Below, piece by piece: positions 48,832-58,651 of a stretch of DNA of 64,000 nt. This stretch comes from Roseiarcus sp. Lineage in GTDB: Bacteria; Pseudomonadota; Alphaproteobacteria; Rhizobiales; Beijerinckiaceae. A program made the position numbers and the translations under genes. The notes below the pieces were generated by a model. The model searched no databases, was not told the origin of the DNA, and saw only the letters and a list, made by a program, of their open reading frames with translations. The stretch covers positions 1,313 through 65,312 of the forward strand of contig JBEKVR010000005.1 in NCBI GenBank assembly GCA_049513815.1, given 5' to 3'. How positions within the stretch are numbered: the first letter of the stretch is position 1; each line of letters starts with the position of its first letter.

Positions 48832-50380
48832 TGGAAGGATTGTCCTGGGTTCCAGATTGCGCATCGCCATTCGAATCGGCGCCGGCGGTCGCGTCGGCGC
48901 GCATCGGCTGGACAACAAGGGAATCGAGCGGGGTCGAAGCCGAACCGAGTCGGGCCGCAATCGCGTCGCGATCGCCCGCGATCGCCTGCAGCGTGCTGGT
49001 CTTGGCCACTTCCACGACGATCGACAGCTTGCCGTCGGCAAGCCGCATCGTCACCTGCAGCGACCCGAGTTCGGCCGGGGCCAAATTGATCTGCAGCTCC
49101 TTGACCGGCTGCGCTTTCGACGCGCCGGCGGCGGTCGAACCACTCGCGCTCTGGGCCGCAGCGCTGAGCTCCTCGGCCGCCTCGGCGATGACGGCGGGCA
49201 CTTGATCGAGGCTGACCGACGCCGAGAAACCGCCAGCGAGATCTGAAGCGGCGGAGGTCGCTGAGGCGGAGGTCGCGGCGGCGGGCGACGGGGCGGCGCT
49301 TCCGCTCGAATTGCCGCCGGTCGACGAATCCCCCGACTTGGCGGACGACGATTTGCCGGCTGCCGCGCCGACGGACTCGCCCGTCGCGGCGGAGGCGGCG
49401 ACGCCGTGCGCTGGCGCGCCGCCCGACACGCTGGCGCGCTTTGCGGTCGCCGGCGCGCTTTCGCTCGCCGACGCGGACGAGCCTGGCGCACGCCGCTGCG
49501 CGGCGCCGACGTCGGTCGCCGCTGCGACCGCCGCTGTCGCCGCCGTCGCGGCGCTGGAGGCGACGTCGAGGCCGAGATAGGTCTTCGATTCGACGTTGGA
49601 GACGAACAAAGACGAATCGCCGCCGAGAAGATCGCGCAGAGTCGAGCCCGCCGCGTCGGCGGCGGCGCCCTTGGCGAGAACCGCTCCGGAAACAGCCGAT
49701 GCCGCGCCCGGCGAAGAATCGCCGGCGAAACCGTTTGGATTGCGGGACGTCGTCGCAGCGGGGGCGCCGGTCGTCGTCGCGGCGGGGGCGGCAGACGCGA
49801 ACGCGGCGGCGGCTGGCGCGCCGAGACCTGAGGCGACGAGCGCGGTCAGCGCCGCGGCGCTGGAATCTCCAGTCGCGGCGCCGTCCGTCTTGGCGCCGTT
49901 TGCGCGGCCTTTCCCCACAGTTGAGGGGACATCGGCATTTTCGGCGATCGCGCTCGCCGCTCCGGCGACGGCGGCGGACGACGCGGCGTTGACGGCGCTC
50001 GCATCGGATTTCGGCGTCGCGCGCGACTTCGGCGCGGTATTCGTCGCGCCGCCGCCCGTCGTCTTGGACAAGGCGGACGCGCTGGCCGAAGCCGCGTTGG
50101 CGCCGCCGCCAAGCGCGTCATTCGCCAGCCCAGCGAGCGCGGCCTCGAGCGCGGCGAGCCGCGACGCCCTGGCGGTCTCGCGGCTCGCCGCAGCGGAAGC
50201 GGCGCTCGTTCCGTCGGCCGCCGCGCTCTTTGACGACGCCTCGACTTTCGCCGTCTCGTTCTCGAGCGTGTTGAGCAAATCGGCGAATCTCGATCCGGCG
50301 CCGCGGTCGGTCGTTTCTTGCGCGGGCTCCTGCGCCCGGGTCGGCGCGGCGTTGGAGGCGGTGACGGCGGCGAGGCTCAT
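48710..50380 (-). CDS. fliK: Hook-length control protein FliK
   Basis: Long Ala/Ser low-complexity region then ELQINLAPAELGSLQVTMRL..GKL. Confidence 0.85.
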   Translation of the reverse strand: MSLAAVTASNAAPTRAQEPAQETTDRGAGSRFADLLNTLENETAKVEASSKSAAADGTSAASAAASRETARASRLAALEAALAGLANDALGGGANAASASASALSKTTGGGATNTAPKSRATPKSDASAVNAASSAAVAGAASAIAENADVPSTVGKGRANGAKTDGAATGDSSAAALTALVASGLGAPAAAAFASAAPAATTTGAPAATTSRNPNGFAGDSSPGAASAVSGAVLAKGAAADAAGSTLRDLLGGDSSLFVSNVESKTYLGLDVASSAATAATAAVAAATDVGAAQRRAPGSSASASESAPATAKRASVSGGAPAHGVAASAATGESVGAAAGKSSSAKSGDSSTGGNSSGSAAPSPAAATSASATSAASDLAGGFSASVSLDQVPAVIAEAAEELSAAAQSASGSTAAGASKAQPVKELQINLAPAELGSLQVTMRLADGKLSIVVEVAKTSTLQAIAGDRDAIAARLGSASTPLDSLVVQPMRADATAGADSNGDAQSGTQDNPSNGANRDSPAGGQSTSQRDGAADAWRRQSASARRSVGDLTV

Positions 50381-51570
50381 AGGTTTCCCTTCGGCGTGAC
50401 GGCCGCCAGCGGCGCGGTGCGGCCAAGCGCCGCTTCGGCGAGGACGATCGTCTGCGCGACCGCATCGTTGGGATTGGCGCTGGCCATCGCCGCCACGTCG
50501 GCGGCGGGCGGCGGCTCGGCCGACGAGGCGGGCGGCTCGCGCAGAAACGCCGCCACGCCGCGCGCCGCGGCGAGCAGCTCCTGATCGTGGCGATCGAGAC
50601 GAGTCTGAGCGACACTTTGCAGCTCGGCGAGCGCGGCGTCGTAATTGGGGGTGAGAATGCGCGCCATCGCTTCATAGAGCTTGCCGCGCGCCTCTTCGAC
50701 GGTATCGGGCGGAACGCCGTCGAGCGCCGCTGTGGCGGCCATCGAGGCGACCTCGAACCGGCCGTTCAAAATCGCCGCGCGCGCGAGTCCGAGCAGGAAG
50801 CCGCGACGAGCGTCCGGCGCCAGCGCGGCAAAGAAGCCGCGGAACTTGCTGAAGTTTTCCGGGTTGTCGATGGCCCCGGATTGAGCGAGCGCGCCGGCGA
50901 GGGTCTGCAGAAAAGCTTCGGCGTAGACCGAGCTGCCGAAGCGCGAGGCGTATTGCCGCGCCAACCGGGCGAGGCGTTCGACCTCGTGCTGGTCGGCTTC
51001 CAGCATGACTTCGCGCCGCAACGCCGCCTCTTCGACCAGCGTTCCAGGCGCCAAAAGGCGCGCGAGATCGAGCAGTTCGATCGCCTTGGCCGAATCGCGG
51101 CTGGTCTCGATCACCGATTGGGCGAAGGCCATCGGGCCGGCGAGCCGCAGAGGAAGGCGACGCGCGTCGATCCCCGACAGGCGTTTCTCGGCCTCGGCTT
51201 CGTTGCCGAGCACATAAGCGAGGGCCCCCCGCAGCAACGGGATTTCGCTGGGCGGAACAGCGCCGCTCTCAATCAGGCGGACGATGTCGCGCGGTTGGCC
51301 GCCGCTGAACAGATAGATGACGGCCGCGTCAGTTTCATGCTTCGATTGCCAGACTTCGGGTTTGGCCGCGACGATCGCGGCGCCGACGGCGCTGATTCGT
51401 TCAGCCTGGCTGGCGTAGGCCGCCTTGTCGCCGGCGGCGATGCGCACCTGAAGGTTCTGCAGATCCGAGGTCAGGTCGGAGATCGTCTGCGCCGACGCGA
51501 CGGCGACGCCGCCGAGCGCGACGCCAATCGCGGTCGCCGCGAGCGCGCAGGCAAGGCGTCGCGCTCTCAC
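50377..51570 (-). CDS. motC: Periplasmic motility protein MotC
   Basis: Signal peptide, LQ..Q.RIAAGD, IYLFSGGQP, LARLLAPGTLVEEAALRR, Y.SRF..SVYA. Confidence 0.88.
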   Translation of the reverse strand: MRARRLACALAATAIGVALGGVAVASAQTISDLTSDLQNLQVRIAAGDKAAYASQAERISAVGAAIVAAKPEVWQSKHETDAAVIYLFSGGQPRDIVRLIESGAVPPSEIPLLRGALAYVLGNEAEAEKRLSGIDARRLPLRLAGPMAFAQSVIETSRDSAKAIELLDLARLLAPGTLVEEAALRREVMLEADQHEVERLARLARQYASRFGSSVYAEAFLQTLAGALAQSGAIDNPENFSKFRGFFAALAPDARRGFLLGLARAAILNGRFEVASMAATAALDGVPPDTVEEARGKLYEAMARILTPNYDAALAELQSVAQTRLDRHDQELLAAARGVAAFLREPPASSAEPPPAADVAAMASANPNDAVAQTIVLAEAALGRTAPLAAVTPKGNL

Positions 51571-52784
51571 GGTTTGGCTCCCTTGATCAGGATTTCGATG
51601 CGGCGGTTCTCGGCAGCGAACGGGTGGGCTGGGTCGCGCAGTCGTTTGTCGGCGTAGCCCTCGATCCGCTCGAAACGGCTCTCCGGCAATCCGGCGCGCG
51701 TGAGCATGTAGTAGGCCATCTGCGCGCGCGCCGACGACAGACGCCAGTTGTCATAGGTCGGCGACTTGTAGGGATGAGCGTCGGTGTGGCCGCGCACGAC
51801 GACCAGACCGGGCTGCGGCTTGAGGATGGCGGCGATGGCGTCCATCGCCTGGATCAGCTGCGGCTGCGGTTCGGCCGAGCCGATCGCGAACATCATGAAA
51901 TTCATTTTGTCGGTGAGGCTGATCAGCAGGCCTTCGTCGGTCGCCTTGACGTCGACGGCCGGGCCCAGCCGCGCCGCGCCCGGCGGCGCGATTTGCAGCT
52001 CCAGCTCTTTCTGCAGGCGAGCGGCGGTCGCCGCGGTTGGCTTCGACTCGGCGGCGGCGGGCGCCGGCTTGGCCTCGTTGGCGGCTGCGGCAGGCGGCGT
52101 CGGCTCGACCTCAGTCGGTTGAGGCGTCGGCGCGGCGGCGACCGCCGGCGGTTTCGGCGGCTCGTTCGACTCCGTTTCAGGAGCGACCTGGCGCGCGGCC
52201 GAGCGGAACGGATCAGGGAGGCCGTCGTTCGCGGGCGCGCCGTTCGTCGCGTCGCGCTGCATGATCGCGAGCACGTTGGGCGAGGTCGATCCGGCGATGG
52301 AATCGAGACTGCCGTAGGGGTCGGCGAACAACACGCCTTCGGTCATGTTCGCCTTGGGGGCCGCGGGATCGCCGAGGTTGGCCGCCGCGCCCGGCGGATT
52401 GCCGCCCGGCTTGTCGAGGCCGCTTGTCGCCGTCGGCGGCGGCGGGTCGTCCGGCGTCTTGGCGGCGCCGACTGGACCAGGCTGCTTCGACTTTGCCGAC
52501 TGAGTCCCGTCGGACGCATCGACCGCCGGAGTGGCCGAGCCGTCGCCGTGAATGCTCTTGGGCGTTCGCGACGATTCCTCGAGCTTCACCGGGTTGAAAT
52601 AGCGGGCGATGATCGTCTTGGTGTCTTTGTCGGTGGCGTTGATGATCCACAACACGAGAAAGAACGCCATCATCGCCGTCATGAAGTCGGCGAAGGCGAT
52701 CTTCCAGGCGCCGCCGTGATGCTCTTCCTCGTGGCCGCCGCGGCGCCTGACGATGATGATCTCGGGATGCGGGGCGTCTTCCAT
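51567..52784 (-). CDS. motB: Stator protein MotB
   Basis: HGGAWKIAFADFMTAMMAFFLVLW; OmpA-like GHTD, NWRLSSARA, ENRRIEI. Confidence 0.96.
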   Translation of the reverse strand: MEDAPHPEIIIVRRRGGHEEEHHGGAWKIAFADFMTAMMAFFLVLWIINATDKDTKTIIARYFNPVKLEESSRTPKSIHGDGSATPAVDASDGTQSAKSKQPGPVGAAKTPDDPPPPTATSGLDKPGGNPPGAAANLGDPAAPKANMTEGVLFADPYGSLDSIAGSTSPNVLAIMQRDATNGAPANDGLPDPFRSAARQVAPETESNEPPKPPAVAAAPTPQPTEVEPTPPAAAANEAKPAPAAAESKPTAATAARLQKELELQIAPPGAARLGPAVDVKATDEGLLISLTDKMNFMMFAIGSAEPQPQLIQAMDAIAAILKPQPGLVVVRGHTDAHPYKSPTYDNWRLSSARAQMAYYMLTRAGLPESRFERIEGYADKRLRDPAHPFAAENRRIEILIKGAKP

Positions 52785-52793
52785 GGAAGCGGG

Positions 52794-53543
52794 TTACCGA
52801 GCGAGCGAGGCGATGAGGTCGGCCCAAGGCTGTAGCTGGCTGCGAATCGTCGTTTCGTCGGCCTCGATCGAGACTTCGACGCCATGATCGGCGACGTACT
52901 CGACCTCGACGGCGAGATAGGCGACGCGTTCGCGCAGCGCGGCGAGAACGCGCTCCGGGCCGCGAATCTTGATCAGGCCGGGCGAGCCGCCGACCCGCAG
53001 CCGGGCGAGATTGTCGCACAACGCCTCGACGATTCGGTCGGCCGTCGCGCGCGTGACGAGCGGCTCGACGAGACGCGCCACGACCTCGGCGACCCGCTGT
53101 TCGATCTCCTGCAACCCGGCCGACACCGTCTCGGCGATCTGAGCGTATTCGTTGAGCTGGAAGTCGAGCTGCGCGAGCGTCGCCCGCTCGCGCTCGCCGG
53201 CGATTTCGCGCTCGATGTTTTCGGCCTCCTGAGCGCACGCCGCGGTGGCGCCGTCGCGGCAGCCGCGTTCGTAGGCCTCGGCGATTCGCGCTTCGATCTC
53301 CGCTTCGCTGGGAGCGGCGCGAGGGCGCGGCCGCGGCGCCGGCGCGCTTTCGTCGCGCGGCGGGGCGAGCTCGCGCAAGGCGCGGCCCAGGGGAACCGAA
53401 ACACGCGCGTCGGGGTCCGGCACGGCGCGCAGCGTGCGCGGCTTGAACGGCGTCGGCGTCGGTCCTTGGGCGAACGGTTGCGCCTCCGCCTGGCCGAGCC
53501 GACCGAAGTGGTCGAGATACTGCATGATCGGAACCGGCTTCAT
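52794..53543 (-). CDS. Flagellar-cluster protein, FliH-like candidate
   Basis: AEAYERGCRDG (AxxxG-type), helical middle, C-terminal IKIRGP...DETTIRSQL..W; coupled to fliF. Confidence 0.6.
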   Translation of the reverse strand: MKPVPIMQYLDHFGRLGQAEAQPFAQGPTPTPFKPRTLRAVPDPDARVSVPLGRALRELAPPRDESAPAPRPRPRAAPSEAEIEARIAEAYERGCRDGATAACAQEAENIEREIAGERERATLAQLDFQLNEYAQIAETVSAGLQEIEQRVAEVVARLVEPLVTRATADRIVEALCDNLARLRVGGSPGLIKIRGPERVLAALRERVAYLAVEVEYVADHGVEVSIEADETTIRSQLQPWADLIASLAR

Positions 53544-55240
53544 GCGTTCGCTCCCTCACGGATCCATTGCTTGAGAATCGCCGCCGCGACCTCTTCGTCG
53601 AAATCGACCAGCTTCTGCAGATGGCGTTGCGGACTCTTGTCCTTGCGCGCCACGAGCTCCTTGAGGAAGTCGTCGCGCTCGTCGTTGGCGTCGATGAGGA
53701 AGTTCGGCTCCGGCCCGCCGAGACTGCCGAGCGCGATCGCCGGGCCGCCGGGACCGCCCGGCCCGTCGAGCGCCGACATCGGCGGCGGCAGTTCGCTCAA
53801 GCCCCCGGCGAACGCCGAGGCCGACTCGGCAGGCGGCGCGAGCAGCATGCGCGTCGCCGGCCGCAGGCCGAACCACAGCAGCAGCAGCGCGACGAGGACG
53901 ATGGCGCCCGAGCTGACGAACGACCCGGCCTGGCGCGCCAACGTCTCGAGCAGAGACGGCGGCTCGACCGGAGCGAGATCGCGGGCGGAATCGGCGGCGA
54001 AATCGACGACGGCGATCTTGACCAGGTCGCCGCGGTCCTTGCGCAAGCCGGCGGCGGTCGTCACCAACTGCTCGATTTCCTGGACCTGCTTGCTCAGCGC
54101 GTCGGGCGCCGGCTTGTCGCCGAGCGAGGCCGTCAGCGACGCCTTGTTGATCAGCACCGCCACCGACAGGCCGTCGATGACGAAGCCGGCGCTGGTGGTG
54201 GTGATCTGCTTGGAGGAAACCTCGTAGTTGGTCAGCTCCTCCTTCTTGTCGGTGGCGTCGCTCGACTGCTTGGAGTCGCTCGTCTGCGGCTTGTTGGCGG
54301 GCAGGTTGGCCGCGACCCCAGCCGCGGGCTGGCCGGCCGCGTTCTGCGAGTTCTGCTTTTCCTTGACCACCCGCACCGACCGCTCGACGCGCTGGTCGGG
54401 GTTGTAAATCGTCTCGTTGGTCTGGGTCTTGTCGGCGTTGAGCCGCGCCGCGACGCTGACCTGGAAATTGTGCAGGCTGAGATAGGGCGCGAGGGTGGTG
54501 GTGATCTTCTCGCGCAGTTCCTGCGAAACCTCCTTTTCCAGGCCAAGCAGGTTGTCGGGCGACTTCTCGAGGTTATCCGGGCCGCTGGCGAGCAGCCGGC
54601 CGTCGACGTTGAGGACGGTGACCTCGTCGGTCTTCATGTTGGGGATCGCCGCGGCGACGAGGTGGCGGATCGAATCGCCGACCGAGCGATCGTCGCCGCC
54701 GTCGGTGCGGACGATCACCGAGGCCGAGGGCGACTGCTTTTCGCGGCGGAACGAGCCTTCGTCGGACATGACGATATGGACGCGCGCCGCCTTGACGCCG
54801 CGAATCATCTGGATGGTGCGCGCCAGCTCGCCCTCCATCGCGCGGACGCGCGTCACCTCCTGCATGAACGAGGTCAGGCCGAGCGAGCCGAGCTTGTCGT
54901 AGAGTTCGTTGCCGATGCTGCCGGAATGCGGCAGGCCCTTTTCCGCCAACATCATGCGGGCCGACGCCGCCTGCCCGACCGGCACCGTCACCGCCGCCCC
55001 GTCGGCGCTGACGTCGAAATTGATCCCCGCTTCGCGCAGGCTCGAGCCGATGCTGACGACGTCGTCGCGGTCGAGGCCGGAATAGAGCGTCTCGCTCGAC
55101 GGCCGGCTGAGGTAATAGCCGGCGAAGGTGATGGCGCCGAAGACGGCGACGCCGATCATCGCCAGCGCCATCAGGCGCTTGCCGCCGAGGGCGAGCAGAT
55201 TCGCCAGCAACCGTTCGACCTGCGCCAATGCGTTGTTCAT
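53540..55240 (-). CDS. fliF: MS-ring protein FliF
   Basis: LYSGLD, ARMMLAEKGLP, RAMEGELARTI, ARVHIV, ELTNYEVS. Confidence 0.96.
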   Translation of the reverse strand: MNNALAQVERLLANLLALGGKRLMALAMIGVAVFGAITFAGYYLSRPSSETLYSGLDRDDVVSIGSSLREAGINFDVSADGAAVTVPVGQAASARMMLAEKGLPHSGSIGNELYDKLGSLGLTSFMQEVTRVRAMEGELARTIQMIRGVKAARVHIVMSDEGSFRREKQSPSASVIVRTDGGDDRSVGDSIRHLVAAAIPNMKTDEVTVLNVDGRLLASGPDNLEKSPDNLLGLEKEVSQELREKITTTLAPYLSLHNFQVSVAARLNADKTQTNETIYNPDQRVERSVRVVKEKQNSQNAAGQPAAGVAANLPANKPQTSDSKQSSDATDKKEELTNYEVSSKQITTTSAGFVIDGLSVAVLINKASLTASLGDKPAPDALSKQVQEIEQLVTTAAGLRKDRGDLVKIAVVDFAADSARDLAPVEPPSLLETLARQAGSFVSSGAIVLVALLLLWFGLRPATRMLLAPPAESASAFAGGLSELPPPMSALDGPGGPGGPAIALGSLGGPEPNFLIDANDERDDFLKELVARKDKSPQRHLQKLVDFDEEVAAAILKQWIREGANA

Positions 55241-55315
55241 CTCGCCCGCGCTCGCACGCCCTGCCGTCGCGACCCAGATGCGGTCGCGACGCCTCGCCGC
55301 AGATTCGGCGACGGA

Positions 55316-55331
55316 GCTTGCGCGGGCATTG
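55316..55331 (-). promoter_or_regulatory. Conserved flagellar promoter box upstream of fliF (weaker match)
   Basis: CAATGCCCGCGCAAGC, ~76 bp before ATG. Confidence 0.5.
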
Positions 55332-55382
55332 CGCGGGGCGAGCGCCCAGAGCGCATTGCTTTTGGGTTGATCCCCTTTCCGC

Positions 55383-55488
55383 CGTCATGGCCGGGCATGA
55401 CCCGGCCAAACAAGCGCCGCAGGGCCGTCATCGAGATGCGAGACTCAGCGGCTCAGCCTGGATGGCCGGGTCAAGCCCGGCCATGACG
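55383..55488. repeat. REP-like doublet, family A, copy 3
   Basis: Left arm slightly degenerate, right arm identical; shares the TTTTGGGTTGA..CC.CT.TCCGCC flank with copy 2. Confidence 0.88.
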
Positions 55489-55570
55489 CAAGAGAGCGAG
55501 CGAGGCGCTGGCCGCGGCCGATGCGAAGCCAACGTCGCGGCGCCTAAAATTTGGCGCGCTGCGGTCCGGC

Positions 55571-55585
55571 TTTACCTTATCTTAA
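55571..55585. promoter_or_regulatory. Possible CtrA box upstream of flagellin
   Basis: TTTA-ccttatc-TTAA, one mismatch. Confidence 0.5.
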
Positions 55586-55768
55586 GACCCGTGTCGCAGG
55601 TTGGGCGGGACTGAACCGGGTCGGTCCGCGTTTCGCGGTTGCCGGTTTCGGCGTCACACGGCGATTAGTTCCTGCGTATCGGGGCTAAAGGCATAAGGCC
55701 GCTTCGTCGTCTCGGTGCAAATCCGAAATGTCACACGGTTTCGTGATTTCACGGACAGGAGCACCCTT

Positions 55769-56734
55769 ATGAGTTCGATTCTCACCAATGCCTCGGCCCT
55801 CAGCGCGCTGCAGTCCCTGCGCGAGACGCAGTCGGCCCTGAAGACGACCGAAAACCAGGTTTCGACCGGTCTCGCGGTCTCCAGCGCCGCCGACAACGCC
55901 GCCTACTGGTCGATCGCGACCCAGCTCAACTCCGACAGCGGCGTCGTCACCGCGGCCGACCAGGCGCTCTCGCAGAGCCAGTCGGTGCTGTCGACCGCCA
56001 CTTCGGCGATTGGCTCGATCGTCAGCACGATCAAGTCGATCCAGACGGCGCTGACCGAAGCGACCAACCCGGGCGCCGATATCGGCCAGATCGCCACGAC
56101 GCTCACCTCGCTCGGCCAGCAACTGAGCGACGCGGTCAACGGCGCTTCGTTCAATGGTCTCAACGTCCTCGACGGCACGCAAGCGACCGCTGGAGCGACC
56201 GCAGGAACGATATCGTTCGTGTCCGGCTTCAACGCAACCGCCACCGGCGGCACAGTCAATACAATCGGCTTGGCTACCCAGGCGCTGATCGCAACGACCG
56301 CGGGCGTCGCTGCTGGCGCCACCGCGAAGAGCGGCCTTCTCGAGGGCGGAACCGGAAGCGCTGCGGGCACCGGCGTCGACTTGACCGGCATCGGAGCTGC
56401 GCTTAGCACGGCTTACGGCACCGGCAACGCCGCCGGCGCGACTGCCGCCGCCGCCCTCGCCAACACGGACCTGGGGGGCGTCGCCACGGTGCTCAACGCT
56501 GTGACGAATTACGCCGCGCAGATCGGCGCCACCCAGGACCGCATGACCGCGGCCTCGACATTCAACAGCGCGCTGACCACCAACTACTCGACCGGCGTCA
56601 GCGCCCTCGTCGACGCCGACATGAACCAGGCCTCGACCCGTCTGCAGGCGCTGCAGACGCAGGAACAGCTCGGCATTCAGTCGCTGTCGATCGCCAACCA
56701 GAACGCCCAGCTCATCCTCAAGCTGTTTCCCTGA
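55769..56734 (+). CDS. fliC: Flagellin
   Basis: MSSILTNASALSALQSL, VSTGL.VSSAADNAAYWSIAT, LVDADMNQASTRLQALQTQEQLGIQSLSIAN; AGGAG SD. Confidence 0.97.
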   Translation: MSSILTNASALSALQSLRETQSALKTTENQVSTGLAVSSAADNAAYWSIATQLNSDSGVVTAADQALSQSQSVLSTATSAIGSIVSTIKSIQTALTEATNPGADIGQIATTLTSLGQQLSDAVNGASFNGLNVLDGTQATAGATAGTISFVSGFNATATGGTVNTIGLATQALIATTAGVAAGATAKSGLLEGGTGSAAGTGVDLTGIGAALSTAYGTGNAAGATAAAALANTDLGGVATVLNAVTNYAAQIGATQDRMTAASTFNSALTTNYSTGVSALVDADMNQASTRLQALQTQEQLGIQSLSIANQNAQLILKLFP

Positions 56735-57056
56735 GCTGATCGAAGCGCTACGACGCCTGCGACGTCATCGCAGGCGCCGGCGCCGATGAAGAGGAAGGCG
56801 CGCCGCCGGCGCGCTCCTGCCGGGCGGCGTTCGCCCGGCCAATCGCCAAAGACAGTGCGGCGCAAGACGACCGCTCCTGTAGCGACCGCGCTCCCCTGGT
56901 AGTCACCAACGAAAAGCCAACCAAAGCCAACCCCTGGCCGTCCGCGTCGTCGGCCCCTCGAATTGCTCCAGCGAAGGGACGGCGGCGCGCGCCAGGCGCG
57001 ACGCAAACGAGACGCCCGCCACGCAGTCGCGCGGCGGGCGTTTCGTTATTCGGACG

Positions 57057-57085
57057 TCCCTTCTCCCCGCAAGCGGGGAGAGGGG
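57057..57085. repeat. Short palindromic repeat, family C, copy 2, between convergent flagellin and rem
   Basis: TCCCTTCTCCCCGCAAGCGGGGAGAGGGG. Confidence 0.7.
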
Positions 57086-57102
57086 AATGGCGCCGCGCCG
57101 GC

Positions 57103-57774
57103 TCAGCGGCGCTCGATGCAGTAGCCGAGATAGCGTTTCGAATCGATCGGGTCGTAGCCGAGCCGATGCTTGAGCTTCTTGCGCAGCTTGCTGATGTGGC
57201 TCTCGACCACGTTCTCGTCGACGTTCTCGTCGAACAGGCCGTAGACGGCGTTGAAGATCTGCGTCTTGGTGACGCGGCGGCCGCGGTTGCGAACGAGGTA
57301 TTCGAGGATGCGGCACTCGCGCCGCGGCAGCGGCAGCGGCACGTCCTTCACTTCCGGCTCGCGCCCGTCGAGATAGACGCGCAGCTCGCCGATCGTCACG
57401 TGGCTTTGCTCGCCGAGCGCGCGACGGCTGATCGCGCCGACCCGGGCGAGGATTTCGCGCACGTGCACCGGCTTGCGCAGCACGTCGTCGACGCCGGCGG
57501 CGAACATTTCGAGCGTCTCGTCGAGCGACTGGCGATCGTTGAGGCAGAGCACCGGAGCTTTCGAGCGCTCGCGGATGAGCTTGGGGAGAGTCTCGCGATT
57601 GGTGCAGTCGCCGATCAGGAACGCCTCGACGGCGCACATGTCGTTGTCGCTGACCTTGCCGATCCATTCCTGAAATTCGCCGGGATCGATTCCGGCCGTT
57701 GAAACGCCTTCGCGGTCGAAACCCGACGCGTAACCCCCCGCAACGAGGTCGCGTTCGTCGACAATGATGTACAT
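57103..57774 (-). CDS. rem: OmpR-family flagellar master regulator Rem/FtcR/LafR
   Basis: [75 protein letters not shown]. Confidence 0.9.
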   Translation of the reverse strand: MYIIVDERDLVAGGYASGFDREGVSTAGIDPGEFQEWIGKVSDNDMCAVEAFLIGDCTNRETLPKLIRERSKAPVLCLNDRQSLDETLEMFAAGVDDVLRKPVHVREILARVGAISRRALGEQSHVTIGELRVYLDGREPEVKDVPLPLPRRECRILEYLVRNRGRRVTKTQIFNAVYGLFDENVDENVVESHISKLRKKLKHRLGYDPIDSKRYLGYCIERR

Positions 57775-58023
57775 GAAACTGCCCCGTGAGATCTATCAGC
57801 CTACACGCTGGATCTACTGACGCTACACACACGCGAGCCGGCGATCGGGCGAAAGACTTCGCTCGGCCATGGCCGCGAGAGACGAGGTGGAAAAGCGCGG
57901 CGCCGTCGCATTCGACCGTGAGCGGCGCGAACCGGCGCCGTTCGAGTCACTCTTTGTCGGCGGCGGCCACGAATCGCCGGTGTTGCTCCCCAATTCCCAA
58001 GAGGAAACTTACGTAGAGCATGG

Positions 58024-58038
58024 TTAACAACCCCTTAA
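58024..58038. promoter_or_regulatory. Consensus CtrA box between divergent rem and PilZ genes
   Basis: TTAA-caacccc-TTAA (reverse strand TTAA-N7-TTAAC). Confidence 0.75.
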
Positions 58039-58162
58039 TCGCATTTCCTCTAGGGCAACTTTCCCGGTCCGCGGCGACCGAATCGGCAACGGATTGGCAA
58101 GACGCGGCGGTTACGTTCGCGTTCTCGGCCGCGCCGGCCGTTGCACGGATTCGAACGGCGAC

Positions 58163-58636
58163 ATGAGCGATCTCCTCGAAGGCGTCCGCAGCGCTTCCCC
58201 GCGCGACGACCGCGCGTTGGCGCGCGTTATGGCGCGGCGCGGCCAGGTCGCTTACGCCGTCTTCGACTCCGTTCGCGAAACGCCGCGTGCCGAAACGCCG
58301 CGCCCGAAGCCCACGGGGCGCGAGCTGCGCCTGGCGGGACGACGGCGCACCCGGATGCGCTCGGCCAAGATCCTCGACGCGGCCAATGCGTTTGTTTCCG
58401 ACTGCCTGATCTACGACCGCTCGGCGACCGGGCTCAGACTGACGCTGGCGCGCGACGTCGGCCTGCCGCCGCAGTTTCAGGTGCACGACGACGAGACCGG
58501 CGCGGTTGAATTGGTCGCGACCGTCTGGCGACGCGGCGCGACGCTCGGCGCGCGCTTCTGCGGCTACGGCGCGTCGACGCTGAAGCCGAGCGAGCGCGCC
58601 GCGCTCAGAGGCCGCTACTACGCCGTGCGCGGCTGA
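58163..58636 (+). CDS. PilZ domain protein
   Basis: RxxxR (RLAGR/RRRTR) and DxSxxG (DRSATG); start uncertain. Confidence 0.8.
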   Translation: MSDLLEGVRSASPRDDRALARVMARRGQVAYAVFDSVRETPRAETPRPKPTGRELRLAGRRRTRMRSAKILDAANAFVSDCLIYDRSATGLRLTLARDVGLPPQFQVHDDETGAVELVATVWRRGATLGARFCGYGASTLKPSERAALRGRYYAVRG

Positions 58637-58651
58637 ACGCGCGACGGCGTC

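Noticed and set aside
55237-55431. Third REP bridging ORF ending in an ATGA overlap with fliF
   Set aside because: No upstream gene to couple to; the overlap is automatic for an ATG-A start, and a promoter box lies within it
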